A stretch of DNA of 64,000 nt from a virus (IMGVR_UViG_3300032782_000002), one strand, 5' to 3'. Counted from the stretch's first letter, positions 31,726-41,505 are shown. Notes: generated by a model from the letters alone, not told the origin. Program-made: numbers and translations.

Positions 31726-31963
31726 CTGGTACTCTCGGGACATGACGCTCGCCGATCGAATGGCCGCCCTGAAGGCGCCGTCACGCATGGCGGTGGGCGA
31801 GACGCGCTCGGGTGGTGCGGTGGACCCCGAGATCCCCGACGGGATCTACTACACCGCGCGGTTCCGTCGCGGTCAGCCCTTCAAGAAGTACAAGGTTGTC
31901 GTCGTCACCAAGACTGGTTTCGGGGTGACGGATCGCTGGGCGGTCTGGACGAGGATCCAGTAG

Positions 31964-32611
31964 GTGGGCCTCCGTTTCGCCGACCACGCCTTCGTCATCT
32001 GCCTCAAGAGGGCCCCCGAACGCCGCGCGACGTTCGAGCGGTCGGCCGCCGCGGTCGGCTTGCAGGACTGGTCCGTGTTCGACGCGATCGACGGACGGGA
32101 GAACGCTCACCGGATGCCCCCGCGATCCTCAGGAGGGCGTGGTCTCGGTGGTCAGCTCACCCTCGGGGAGCTGGGATGCTTTCTCTCCCACGTGGCTGTC
32201 GTCCGCGAGGCGGTCACGCGCAACCTCGACACGGTGGCCGTCTTCGAGGACGACGTCGTGTTCGCGCGTGAGGCTGCGGAGTCCTGGGCGAAGTTCCGCG
32301 CGACGGTGCCGGCGGGCTGGCGCGTTCTGCACCTCGGGATCGCGGGCCAGCAGACACGCGAACGGCGTCGACCACGCTGGCGCCGTATCGTCTACGACGG
32401 CTCCGCGACCAAGGCAGCCTGGTCGTGGGGATCGTATGCGTACGTCCTCAATCGTGCCGGCATGCAGGAGTACCTCGACCACCCGTTGATCCAGACCATG
32501 GAGTTCCCAGTGGACGGGATCATGCGCGACATGCAGATCAGTGGCGGCTGCTGGCGGCCGACGTGGCCGATTGTGCAGCTGTCGGACGTGCCTTCTACGC
32601 TGAGCGAATGA
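31964..32611 (+). CDS. glycosyltransferase family 25
   Basis: FVICLKRAPERR, FDAIDG, LGELGCFLSH, VFEDD, AYVLN. Confidence 0.9.
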   Translation: MGLRFADHAFVICLKRAPERRATFERSAAAVGLQDWSVFDAIDGRENAHRMPPRSSGGRGLGGQLTLGELGCFLSHVAVVREAVTRNLDTVAVFEDDVVFAREAAESWAKFRATVPAGWRVLHLGIAGQQTRERRRPRWRRIVYDGSATKAAWSWGSYAYVLNRAGMQEYLDHPLIQTMEFPVDGIMRDMQISGGCWRPTWPIVQLSDVPSTLSE

Positions 32612-32874
32612 TCGAACTGCCCCGGGCTCCCTGGAACGGCCGCGTGCCCTATGTGCCCGGCTCCTGGGATCTGCCGCGCTACCAGCCACCGTGGTGCCGC
32701 GATCTCGCCACCATCGATCTCGCAATCATCGTGTGCCCTCGTGGCCACGCCACGCGCATGAGCGCGAGCGTCCATCGCGTCGGTCCCAGCGGCGTCGTGT
32801 CGCCGTCCTACGTGTGCACCGTCACGGGCTGCCGGTGGCACGTGTTTCTGCGTCTGGTGGGATGGCCAGGCTAG
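32608..32874 (+). CDS. small Zn-binding protein
   Basis: CPRGH...VSPSYVC...GCRWHVF. Confidence 0.6.
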   Translation: MIELPRAPWNGRVPYVPGSWDLPRYQPPWCRDLATIDLAIIVCPRGHATRMSASVHRVGPSGVVSPSYVCTVTGCRWHVFLRLVGWPG

Positions 32875-34204
32875 CCAGCACGGCCTCGGCGACAAGCGGC
32901 TCTGTGCGCTCCCACGCCAGGTAGCCGCCTTCATCCACAATGCTGAGACGGTTGTGGATGACCAGCCCGCGCTCGTCGGGCGTGAAGGCGATCTCGCTGT
33001 GGCGGAGACCCTGCACGCGCAGCACGACCTCGCGCAGGCTGTCTTCGGTGTAGATGAACATCGACTTGGGCGGCTTGGGCTCGCGTAGCCCCATGAACAC
33101 GGCGAAGATACCTGTTGCCGGAACGCGCTCGACGATCTCGACGAGCGGGGCGTTGCCGACCAGGCCTGACAACCCCGGCGATAGAATGATCAACGGCGCG
33201 ACGACGACGTTCATGCACCCTCGACTTCGGCCCGTACGGCTACTTCGACGAGAGGCTCTGCGCGCACCCACCCGCTCGCGCGACTGGAATCTCCGGTCAA
33301 CTCCAAGAAGCCCGCCGACTTGGGCACCAGCACGATCGCGCGCTCGCCGTCGAAGGGGACGTCCTCGGTGCCACCCGCGATCTTCACGCGGAGCCAGGTG
33401 TCGCTGTACTCGAACCATGCCTGCGGCGCCCCGAGATCGCAGAGGAAGACGGCGTACAGGTGCCCCGGAGTAGGGCGCCCTTCAACGGCGCGCACACCGT
33501 AGTCGCGATCGAAGGTGTGGCCTGGTACTAGGACAGTCCGTTTCACCCCCGACTCCTCGTCGCATTCGTTGCGCGAGACCAGTACCCCGGGTTGGGCCCC
33601 AGGTTCTGGAGCATCATCTGCAGCCACATCTTGCGCCCCATCTCGTCGTAGGCGTCGGCCGCCGCCATCGCGTCTACGGGCGTGTCGAAGATGCCGAGGC
33701 TCACCAAGCGGTCGCCGAGTACGCGCAGTGCGTTGCTCGGCTGGCGCATCCGCAACGCGTAGCGCCCTGAGGGAGTGATCGCGACGTGGTAGAAGCCCCG
33801 ACCGCGCTGGCTCGGGGCTACGATCTCATTCGGGGCGATGTTCCGCCACGCCAGCATCAGCGCCCCGCTCGGGTGCGTGTGCGCGTACGGCTGGCGGTAT
33901 TGGGCGGCTTCATCTCTGCGAGTCTACCTCAACGTTCGTTCTTCGTGGGCGTACGGCCCGGTGCGTGGAAGTGGATCTTGCACCGCCGGCAGAAGACGCA
34001 CCAGTCGGTCGGTACGATGCCGATGCGGCACCGCATGATCATCATGTTGCCGATCGTCGGGTTGCCGTTGGGCTCCTCGGTCGGCCCGCCACACCGGCGG
34101 CACGGAGGGAGTTGTTTGTTCGGCGTGGGCTGCATCAGAGACCTTTCAGCGTAGCAGACGCTTGCGCTTCAATCAGATCGTGATAGACAGTCGATTCACA
34201 TCCT

Positions 34205-34705
34205 ATGAGCATGACCATCAGCCAGGGCCTGCGTCGCATCTCGAAGCTCAAGGGCCAGCTCTCCGAGCTGCAGAACCGCGCGTCGGCCGCCGTCACGCAC
34301 CTGGCCGACCAGGAGCCCGCGTTCGCGTTCAGCGCCTCGATGGAGCAGATCGCCAAGGTGCGCACCGAGCTGCTCGCCCTGCAGACGGCCGTCGCCATCG
34401 CCAACGCCACGACGACGATCGTGTGGGACGGCAACGGCATGACGCTCGCCCTCGCGCGTCGGACGCTCGACGAGCTGCGCGGCGAGATCGCCTGGCTGCA
34501 GAAGCTGCCCGTCAAGGCGCACGAGAAGAACGTCGTCGCGACGCGCGATCACGACGGCGAGAAGTACATCACCGTGACGCAGACGTTCACGTGCCACCTG
34601 CCCGAGGCCAAGCGCGCCGATCGCGTCCAGGCCCTGCAGGACCGCTTCGACAAGCTCAACGACATCGTCGAGACCACCAACCACAAGACCACCCTCGGTA
34701 GCTGA
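34205..34705 (+). CDS. DIP1984-like coiled-coil protein
   Basis: MTISQGLRRISKLKGQLSEL...LLALQTAVAIANATT...LNDIVETTNHKTTL; family recognised from pattern only. Confidence 0.7.
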   Translation: MSMTISQGLRRISKLKGQLSELQNRASAAVTHLADQEPAFAFSASMEQIAKVRTELLALQTAVAIANATTTIVWDGNGMTLALARRTLDELRGEIAWLQKLPVKAHEKNVVATRDHDGEKYITVTQTFTCHLPEAKRADRVQALQDRFDKLNDIVETTNHKTTLGS

Positions 34706-34711
34706 TCCAGC

Positions 34712-34955
34712 TGCCGGCGGGCGGCGGGAGGAGAGCCGACCCGGGAATACGACGAGCAACGCCGGGCTGCGGTAACCCCGCAAGATCAAAACCGGCACGA
34801 CCCTTCGAAAAGGTCGTCCCCGATACCGGCAAGGACCCTCGTCAGAGGGTCAGAGGTCAGCTGTCACAACGATCAGCCGTTAGCACTCAGCGCCCAGCGC
34901 GAGCACGGATTGTCCGTATGGCTTCCGTGTCGAGCCCCCAGCTGTCGTCGTCCCG
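34712..34955 (+). ncRNA. putative structured ncRNA / 3' element with a 7-nt periodic repeat
   Basis: Hairpins ACGACC..GGTCGT and GACCCTC-GTCA-GAGGGTC; YCAG-like units at 34842, 850, 857, 864, 873, 880, 887, 894, 900. Confidence 0.5.
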
Positions 34956-35133
34956 ACCTCTTACTCGTCGTCCGAACGGGGCGGTGCTTCCCGTCGTCCG
35001 CCGGCAAGCTGGATCAGCCTGGCGAGCGTGCCGCGCCAGGTAGTCGGCGGCCGCCCGGTGGGCGGGGCGTCGTCCTGCTCGCCCCGGATTGCCTGCAGAA
35101 ACCCCTCCACCCAGCTCGTGTCGACCTTGCGCG

Positions 35134-35799
35134 TCACGGCATGATCCTCCGTAGCTTGCCGGCCTCGGGCTCGGGCTCGGCCCAGTACTCGGTCCCCTCG
35201 CGGACGCTCACCAGACGCCCCGTGACGTGCCGGCCGGCGGCGCTGGTCAGCCAGTCCACGAGCGCCACGGCGGCGTCTGCAGAGGCCCCCTGCCAGCCCG
35301 TTAGGCGGGTGGCGACCTGGCCGGGGGCGACGCTGTTCACCCTCGTCCCCGGGTACCTGGCGGCCAGGCACTCGGCCATCTGCACGACCGCCGCCTTCGT
35401 CGCGGTGTAGAGGGCGTCCACGTCAGCCCCCGGGTGCGGTCCCCCGACTCCCCCGCCCGAGAAGAGCACGATGCTCTCCGGCCGGTAGACCAGCGCCTCC
35501 TGGCACAAGCGCCACGTCCCGAGCACGTTGGTCTCGATGACGGCGTTGTCGCGGCCGCTGATGGTGCCGGCCGTGTTGATGACGATGTCCAAGCCCCCGA
35601 GCGCCAGGTGAGCCTTGCGTACGATGTCGTGCGCGTCCTGGGCCACGTGGCCGTGCGCGCCGTACACGCCCAGCCGATCGCAGATGTCCTCGATGCCGTA
35701 GCGGGCGGTGATGAAGACGGCGTCGCCGCGCTGCTTGAAGTGGGTGGTGATGGCCAGCCCGATGCCCCGGGATCCCCCGACGACCAGAACTCGCTTCAC
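35134..35799 (-). CDS. SDR family oxidoreductase
   Basis: VGGSRGIG, INTAG, YTATK (YxxxK), VNSVAPG. Confidence 0.9.
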   Translation of the reverse strand: MKRVLVVGGSRGIGLAITTHFKQRGDAVFITARYGIEDICDRLGVYGAHGHVAQDAHDIVRKAHLALGGLDIVINTAGTISGRDNAVIETNVLGTWRLCQEALVYRPESIVLFSGGGVGGPHPGADVDALYTATKAAVVQMAECLAARYPGTRVNSVAPGQVATRLTGWQGASADAAVALVDWLTSAAGRHVTGRLVSVREGTEYWAEPEPEAGKLRRIMP

Positions 35800-37583
35800 T
35801 TACACACCGCGTGGATGGCGATGTACTTGTTGGTCACCGTGCCACCGAAGTCGCGCAGCGTGCCCGTGTTCCACACGAGTCGCTCGTAGTCATCGCCCCC
35901 GAAGTGCTGCCAGAACATGGCCTCGGTGAGGTTGTGCGGATGTCCCTCGCACACGCCCAGATCGATCCACTCGAAGATGCGCACGGCCCGGCCCATCGCG
36001 ACGACCTTGCGCAAGATGGCGTGCGGGTCGTCGACGTGCTGCAGGCAGTTGTAGATCCAGACCTCGTCGAAGACGCGGTCGTTGGGCATGTCCTCGGCCT
36101 TGACGTTGAGGAACTCAACGTTGGCATCGGCGTAGCGCTTGCGGGTCTCGTCGGACACGGCGAGCGGATCGACACCCCGGCTTCTCCCGTGGACCGACCG
36201 CTGCAGCATCGACACCGGCCCGCAGCCCACGTCGAGGATGGTCTTGGTGCCGTAGTTGGCGTCGTCCGGCATGTCCATCAGCCGCGCGTAGGTCGCCTGC
36301 TTGCGGATCTCCTCGTCCCAGCGCGCGTTCCAGTCCAGGCCCCACCACGAGCGCTCGAAGTGCTGGGCCTTCTCCCACTCGCTCGTCTCGGGCTCGATCG
36401 GCGGCGGCTCGTGCGGCCGCTTCGTGTCGACGCGCATGTGTGGCGCCAAGGTCGGGTAGTCGCGCGTCAGCCAGTCGAGCTGCGTGCGGTTCGGGTTGGG
36501 CATGAAGAAGCCCGTCCGCCGGACGTTCAGGACCTGCTGGAAGTACTCCTCGTACATGAGCGCGACGCGCTCCAGCGAGAAGTTGTCCGCCGCCCACGCA
36601 TGGATGGCCCCGGGATCCAGCTTGTCGATGCCGTGCTTCACGGCCCAGACGAACTGCTCCATGGTGCGGCAGCGGAACCCCGAGATCCCCTGCAGGACCG
36701 TTTCCGGGAAGACTCCCCAATCGGTCGTGATGACGGGTGTGCCCGACAGCATGGCCTCGACATGTACGCCGCAGAACGGCTCGACGTAGAGCGTCGGGGT
36801 GAGCACGGCGCGCGCCTTGGCGAGCAACTTCCGGCGCCCCTCGATCCCCACGGGAGGCAGATACCGCACGTGCTTGCTGTCGCGCAGGAACGGCGCCGGA
36901 TCGCCCTGCCCCACGATCGCGATCTTCATGCCCGCGCGCTTGGCGACGTCGATGGCCAGCGCGACGCCCTTGTCCGTGTTGAGGCGCCCCAGGTAGAGCA
37001 GCTCGTCCTCGCGCTCGTTCATGCGCGGGTTGAAGTCGAACATGGACAGGTCGAACGCGTTGGGGATGACCGCCCAGTAGAACTTGTTGCCGCTGAACAG
37101 GTCCGCCGCGCCCATGTGCATGTGCATCCACGCGTACGACTCGTAGACGCGGTAGTTCGACCAGCTATGGCGGTAGCCGATGCCGCTCTCGATCTGGAAC
37201 TGCGGGACGCCCTCGCAGGCCGTGCGCTGCGTACCGCCCCAGGTCAGGCAGATGATGTCCTCGTTGGGTCGCCCCATGCGCTTCTGGATGGCTGCCTTGG
37301 TGCTTGCCGCCCACGCCGCATGGAACGGCGCGTACTTGCCGCCCGTCTCCAGATCGTAGAACGCCGTCCCCGGCTTGTTGTAGAGGGCCTTCCAGTCCTT
37401 GTGGCTCGCGACGACGACGTTCTCGGTGCAGACCGGATCGGAGCCCTCGTTGCCGTAGTGGAAGACCTCGTGACCGCGATCGGTCATCATCTTGCAGAGG
37501 TTGCGCACCTTCACGGTGAAGGCGCACGTGGTGAACTCGTCGGACGTCTTGGTGTGGGGCAGGCCGAGAATGTGGATGCGCAT
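35796..37583 (-). CDS. GT4-type glycosyltransferase fused to a class I SAM methyltransferase
   Basis: LYLGRL..DKG, EPFCGVHVEAMLSGTPVITTDWG; C-terminal ILDVGCGP...NCLQHVDDP. Confidence 0.9.
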   Translation of the reverse strand: MRIHILGLPHTKTSDEFTTCAFTVKVRNLCKMMTDRGHEVFHYGNEGSDPVCTENVVVASHKDWKALYNKPGTAFYDLETGGKYAPFHAAWAASTKAAIQKRMGRPNEDIICLTWGGTQRTACEGVPQFQIESGIGYRHSWSNYRVYESYAWMHMHMGAADLFSGNKFYWAVIPNAFDLSMFDFNPRMNEREDELLYLGRLNTDKGVALAIDVAKRAGMKIAIVGQGDPAPFLRDSKHVRYLPPVGIEGRRKLLAKARAVLTPTLYVEPFCGVHVEAMLSGTPVITTDWGVFPETVLQGISGFRCRTMEQFVWAVKHGIDKLDPGAIHAWAADNFSLERVALMYEEYFQQVLNVRRTGFFMPNPNRTQLDWLTRDYPTLAPHMRVDTKRPHEPPPIEPETSEWEKAQHFERSWWGLDWNARWDEEIRKQATYARLMDMPDDANYGTKTILDVGCGPVSMLQRSVHGRSRGVDPLAVSDETRKRYADANVEFLNVKAEDMPNDRVFDEVWIYNCLQHVDDPHAILRKVVAMGRAVRIFEWIDLGVCEGHPHNLTEAMFWQHFGGDDYERLVWNTGTLRDFGGTVTNKYIAIHAVCK

Positions 37584-38057
37584 CTCTCACTCGAAGGGTT
37601 CGGGGGATCGATCGTTCAGGTTGGCACCGGCAGGCGGCGGGGGCGGATCGCCGCTCGGCTGCCGCGCGAGCGTCACGGGGCCGACGGGGCCCCGCATGAT
37701 GGCACTGATGCGGTAGCGTGCGCGCAGCGGGAACTGCTTGCTGCGCAGCACCGTCACGAGCGCCGCCTCCAGCTCCTTGGGCGTGACGTCGCGATCGAAG
37801 TCGAACTGCATCACCAGCGACAGGCTGTGCTTGGCGCTCATCTAGCGGCCGAGCTTAGACCAGCGAGCTGAGCGTGTGTAGTTTTGGTGTAGACGCGCGG
37901 TGCTTGACAGGTCGTGTTCGCTCGGTATGGTTGGGGCTGCGGCTAGCACCCGCTGCGTCATCCCTGCCCTGGCGACCGCCCCTACCAACCGCGGGACGGT
38001 CAACGAACGAAGGACGGGTTCAGGACGTAGGTCAACCAACTCACGTGGTGATCCGTC

Positions 38058-38453
38058 ATGTCAGCACAGCTCAAGATCCTTCAGGCCGTTCAGCACGCGG
38101 AGAAGCTCGCGGAGCTTCGCGGGATCCTCAAGTTTCTCAAGGCGGCCAAGCAGACTACGACGTACGTGCCTGTGGCGATGGCGCTCGGCATGTTCAGCGG
38201 CAGCGCGGCGCTCGCCGGGATGCTCGGTGAGATCCAGGTGGAGGACTCCACGATGGGTGCGCCCTTCCTGTCCTCGCTCGTCGTCAGCTCCGTCACCGGC
38301 ATTCCCGGCAAGGGCTACTTCGACCACGCGCGCAAGCTCGGGTGCTCGATCGGCAAGAGCCCGAACGACGAGCTGGAATTCTGGCTGAACCAGCTTCAGA
38401 CGCTCGGCGTGCCCGCGCAGGGCACCATGCTGTCGTGCTCATGCTCGACCTGA
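38058..38453 (+). CDS. hypothetical protein (winged-helix-like)
   Basis: TTTYVPVA...LGEI...PFLSSLVVS..TGIPGKGYF. Confidence 0.6.
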   Translation: MSAQLKILQAVQHAEKLAELRGILKFLKAAKQTTTYVPVAMALGMFSGSAALAGMLGEIQVEDSTMGAPFLSSLVVSSVTGIPGKGYFDHARKLGCSIGKSPNDELEFWLNQLQTLGVPAQGTMLSCSCST

Positions 38454-38783
38454 ACGACGAGCCGCTCGCGCAAGAGGCTCTTCGCGCCGTACAGGAGTGT
38501 AACCTCGCCGCGCTGCTCGATGCGTGCGCCGCGGTGGGGTACACCGAGATCCTCGTCGAGGCGGGGAGTGTCACGGCGTACTGGCCGGGTAAGTGGAACC
38601 ACGTGCGCGGCCCCGAGGATGGCGGGGGATGGCCCATGCTCTGGGTCATCATCCGGGCTACGCATTACGACCGCAGGGCTGGCGGTCACCACCAGCGGGC
38701 GATCGATCCGCGTGCGTTGCCGCTAGGGCGGTTCTCGTGTGTGCGCGACGCGTCGGCTTCTTCTGGTGGGTAGAGCGAGAGTC

Positions 38784-39413
38784 TCAGTCGACCTTGAACC
38801 GGGCGTACTTGTGATCGAGCGTCAGTGTGAACGTCGTGACGCTGTCGACAGGGATCAGATACCGCGATCTGTCACCAGTCACGATGAAGAAGTAGTCGAC
38901 GTCCGCGCTGGAGTACAGGATGCGCCGTCGCCGACCGTTGGCGTTGGCTGGGCTGGTGGCGTTGTAGGCAGCACGATACGCATGTACGGTCCACCGACCG
39001 GACTTACCCTTCTGGTTCGTGGACTTCACCTGCACGCGGATGAGGCCCTGGTCGGACTCGACAACGAGATCGTAGCGCACCGGATCGACTGGGATGCTCG
39101 GAGTGTAACCGCGACTCAGGAACCAGTGGATGGCGTCGCCGATGGCAGCCGATCGCAGCTGGCGCGCATGTGGGTGACGACTGAATACGCTGGGCCGTTC
39201 GTGTGCAGGGACGCGTGGCGGTCGAACAAGTACAGCCGCATCGAGGCTGCGCAAGATGCCCATGCGGCGCACTCGCTTGAACACGGTGACGGGATCCTCG
39301 CAGAGCACTGACGCGATCTTGCGGCAACCGAGGCCGATCTCGTACAAGGGTCGTATCCTTGCGTCCAGCGCCACCATCTCTTTCTTCAGCCTCTTGGGTC
39401 GCCTGGCGTGCAT
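38784..39413 (-). CDS. HTH + PD-(D/E)XK endonuclease (group I intron-associated type)
   Basis: SIPVDPVRYDLVVE...IRVQVKS...YSSADVDYF. Confidence 0.8.
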   Translation of the reverse strand: MHARRPKRLKKEMVALDARIRPLYEIGLGCRKIASVLCEDPVTVFKRVRRMGILRSLDAAVLVRPPRVPAHERPSVFSRHPHARQLRSAAIGDAIHWFLSRGYTPSIPVDPVRYDLVVESDQGLIRVQVKSTNQKGKSGRWTVHAYRAAYNATSPANANGRRRRILYSSADVDYFFIVTGDRSRYLIPVDSVTTFTLTLDHKYARFKVD

Positions 39414-39429
39414 GGCTCTCGCGCCTTTG

Positions 39430-39503
39430 TACCAACGGTCCGATTCGAACGGACACTGTACACGGTCTGAACGTGTTGCCTCTACCAGTTGGGCTACGTT
39501 GGC
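39430..39503 (-). tRNA. tRNA-Leu(CAG), short variable loop
   Basis: ACACG-TTCAGAC-CGTGT; cloverleaf. Confidence 0.85.
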
Positions 39504-39536
39504 GTGTCAGTAGGTGGTGCGGCCACCTACCCGTAG

Positions 39537-39621
39537 TGCGCACGAGAGGAGTCGAACCTCCACAGGGCTTTCGCCCCGCCAGCACCTCAAGCTGGTGTGT
39601 CTGCCATTCCACCACGTGCGC
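39537..39621 (-). tRNA. tRNA-Leu(GAG)
   Basis: CCAGC-TTGAGGT-GCTGG; long variable arm. Confidence 0.9.
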
Positions 39622-39663
39622 GTTGTTTGCAACTTGATACGGATCAGATAAGGTCGGTTCCTG

Positions 39664-40347
39664 TTGGTCTCGTGGAAGTCCTACCGGCCGTCGAGAGTGC
39701 TGACCCCGTACGAGGGCCGTCAGGTTGTACGGGTGCAGGCTGCACTGATGCAGGCCATCGCGCGGGCCGGCGTCAAGATCGAACGTCTTGATAACCCCAG
39801 AGTCCACGCTGTCTACCGGCCGTTGACGAAGACCATCATGCTGACGTCCACGCCGTACCCGCCGTGGGGTCCTCCGCCAGCTGTAGAGCGCCTGTTTACG
39901 CTGGCGCACGAGTTCGGGCACTTCAAGAGTCACGTGCGACACGCCAAAGTGGGGCGTCGAGTCGATCTCGGAAGCGTGCCGCACCAGCTCTTCGAGGAGT
40001 CGCGTGCGTGGAACGAAGCGGGGTACCTGCTGCGCTACTACAGACTGCGGGGCGCGCGCCTGTGGCACTGGTTCGCGCAGGCTGTCGGCATGGCGTTGTG
40101 GCTGAGTGTCAGCGACTACACCGACTACTTCTGGCTGACCGACAAGCTGCGTCGCCAGCGCGTGCGATGTCCGCGATGCCGATCGCGAGCGTTGGTCGTA
40201 CGCAGCTCGTGTGCGGAGCACGCGCTGCTGTGTCGGGCGTGCAAGGCGCACACTCCATCGACGAGATCAGTCGAAAAGTTGGCGGCGCGGATACGTGGCT
40301 CTCGATTCGGCGGTCTTTGCCGATGTCGTCGCGGCTGCACGCCGTAG
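39664..40347 (+). CDS. HExxH metallopeptidase-like protein with C-terminal Zn finger
   Basis: FTLAHEFGH...EESRAW; CPRC...CRAC; antisense to the tRNA array. Confidence 0.65.
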   Translation: MVSWKSYRPSRVLTPYEGRQVVRVQAALMQAIARAGVKIERLDNPRVHAVYRPLTKTIMLTSTPYPPWGPPPAVERLFTLAHEFGHFKSHVRHAKVGRRVDLGSVPHQLFEESRAWNEAGYLLRYYRLRGARLWHWFAQAVGMALWLSVSDYTDYFWLTDKLRRQRVRCPRCRSRALVVRSSCAEHALLCRACKAHTPSTRSVEKLAARIRGSRFGGLCRCRRGCTP

Positions 40348-40379
40348 CTCCGGGCTTGGGAGTAGTTCCGGGCTTGGGA
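40344..40379. repeat. 18-bp tandem duplication of the tRNA-Gln 3' end
   Basis: gtagctccgggcttggga gtagttccgggcttggga. Confidence 0.8.
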
Positions 40380-40442
40380 GTCGAACCCAATTCACTCTGG
40401 CCCCGCTTCAAAGGCGGGAGGACGAACGCGTCGCAACCCGGA
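40366..40442 (-). tRNA. tRNA-Gln(TTG), atypical D and variable regions
   Basis: CCCGC-CTTTGAA-GCGGG. Confidence 0.7.
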
Positions 40443-40443
40443 G

Positions 40444-40517
40444 TGCGCACGCTGGGAGTCGAACCCAGAGACCGGTGGGTTTGGGCCACCGAGGTTTGCC
40501 GGTTACCTCACGTGCGC
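40444..40517 (-). tRNA. tRNA-Leu(CAA), short variable loop, C33
   Basis: GGTGG-CCCAAAC-CCACC. Confidence 0.75.
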
Positions 40518-40523
40518 GATCAG

Positions 40524-40608
40524 CGGAGAGTGGAGGTCTCGCACCCCAGTGGGTTTCCCCACCGCGTCGGTTAGCAACCGGGCCTGGCCCTCGGCCAGTT
40601 CACTCTCC
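40524..40608 (-). tRNA. tRNA-Ser(GCT)
   Basis: Loop TTGCTAA; long variable arm; G73. Confidence 0.85.
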
Positions 40609-40612
40609 GTAG

Positions 40613-40698
40613 CGGAAGGTAGACGAATCGAACGCCCACGGCTCATCACCGCGCCCTCGGGTTCGGACCGAGTCGCCGACCATTCGGCAGTACCTTCC
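40613..40698 (-). tRNA. tRNA-Ser(CGA), C33
   Basis: CTCGG-TCCGAAC-CCGAG. Confidence 0.85.
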
Positions 40699-40704
40699 AA
40701 GTCG

Positions 40705-40790
40705 CGGAAGACGGAGGACTTGCACCCCAGTGGCTCGCGCCACCGCATCGGTTTCCGACCGAGCCCACGCCTACGCGCGGTTCGTCTTCC
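40705..40790 (-). tRNA. tRNA-Ser(GGA), C33
   Basis: Loop TCGGAAA; long variable arm. Confidence 0.8.
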
Positions 40791-40795
40791 AACAG

Positions 40796-40867
40796 TCAGA
40801 GCGGCGGGATTCGAACCCGCTCTACGTGCTCCCCGAGCACGTGTGCAACCGGTAACACTTCGCTCTG
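40796..40867 (-). tRNA. tRNA-Pro(GGG), C33
   Basis: CGTGC-TCGGGGA-GCACG. Confidence 0.85.
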
Positions 40868-40895
40868 ATGGGGCGCTCTTGCGAGCGCCCACCGT

Positions 40896-41453
40896 TCACG
40901 CCGTCTGGGCGACGTCCGTGATGTACGGATGCCACTCGGGCGGTGTCTTGCTCACGTCGATCAGGAACGGTGCATGGTCGACGTTCAGGTGATGCGGCCT
41001 GTGGGGCTGGAAGTGCATCGTGAGCCCTGCCTCGGCCGGCGTGCGCGATCCCTTGCGGGTGTTGCACGGGTAGCAGGTGGTCACGATGTTCTCCCAGACC
41101 GTCTTGCCGCCACGAACGCGAGGCAGCACGTGGTCGTAGTTGAGGTCCTTGGGGTTCTTGCGCTTGCCGCAGTAGCAGCAGCGAAAGCCATCACGGGCGT
41201 AGACGTTGCGTCGGCTGAACTTCACGCCGTCCTTGTGCATCTTGACAGCCTTGCGCAGCCGAACGACGGCCGGCACGTCGAACACCAGCGGGTCACGGCC
41301 CTCGTAGCGGTTGCCCGCCGAACGGACCGTAGCCTGGTAGGTTTCGAGCACGTCGACCTTGTCGTCCACGACCAGCACGATGGCGCCCTGCCACCCCACT
41401 ATCCCGTGCGGGCGCATCCACGGGGACAGTACCAGGGTCCTCAACTCGTTCAC
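40896..41453 (-). CDS. HNH endonuclease
   Basis: FSRRNVYARDGFRCCYCG...DHVLPR.RGGKT.WENIVTTCYPCN.RKG. Confidence 0.92.
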   Translation of the reverse strand: MNELRTLVLSPWMRPHGIVGWQGAIVLVVDDKVDVLETYQATVRSAGNRYEGRDPLVFDVPAVVRLRKAVKMHKDGVKFSRRNVYARDGFRCCYCGKRKNPKDLNYDHVLPRVRGGKTVWENIVTTCYPCNTRKGSRTPAEAGLTMHFQPHRPHHLNVDHAPFLIDVSKTPPEWHPYITDVAQTA

Positions 41454-41456
41454 GGA

Positions 41457-41489
41457 TCACCTTCGCCTTCGTTGCTTGTACCTGCTCAT
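41457..41489 (-). CDS. Arg-rich uORF MSRYKQRRRR upstream of the HNH gene
   Basis: SD GGAG; codons AGG x3, CGA x2; stop 3 nt before the HNH GTG. Confidence 0.5.
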   Translation of the reverse strand: MSRYKQRRRR

Positions 41490-41505
41490 GGTTGTTCTCC
41501 TGTAG

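Noticed and set aside
38784-39413. Group I intron around the PD-(D/E)XK endonuclease
   Set aside because: No interrupted host gene or intron core seen; it looks free-standing at the end of the array
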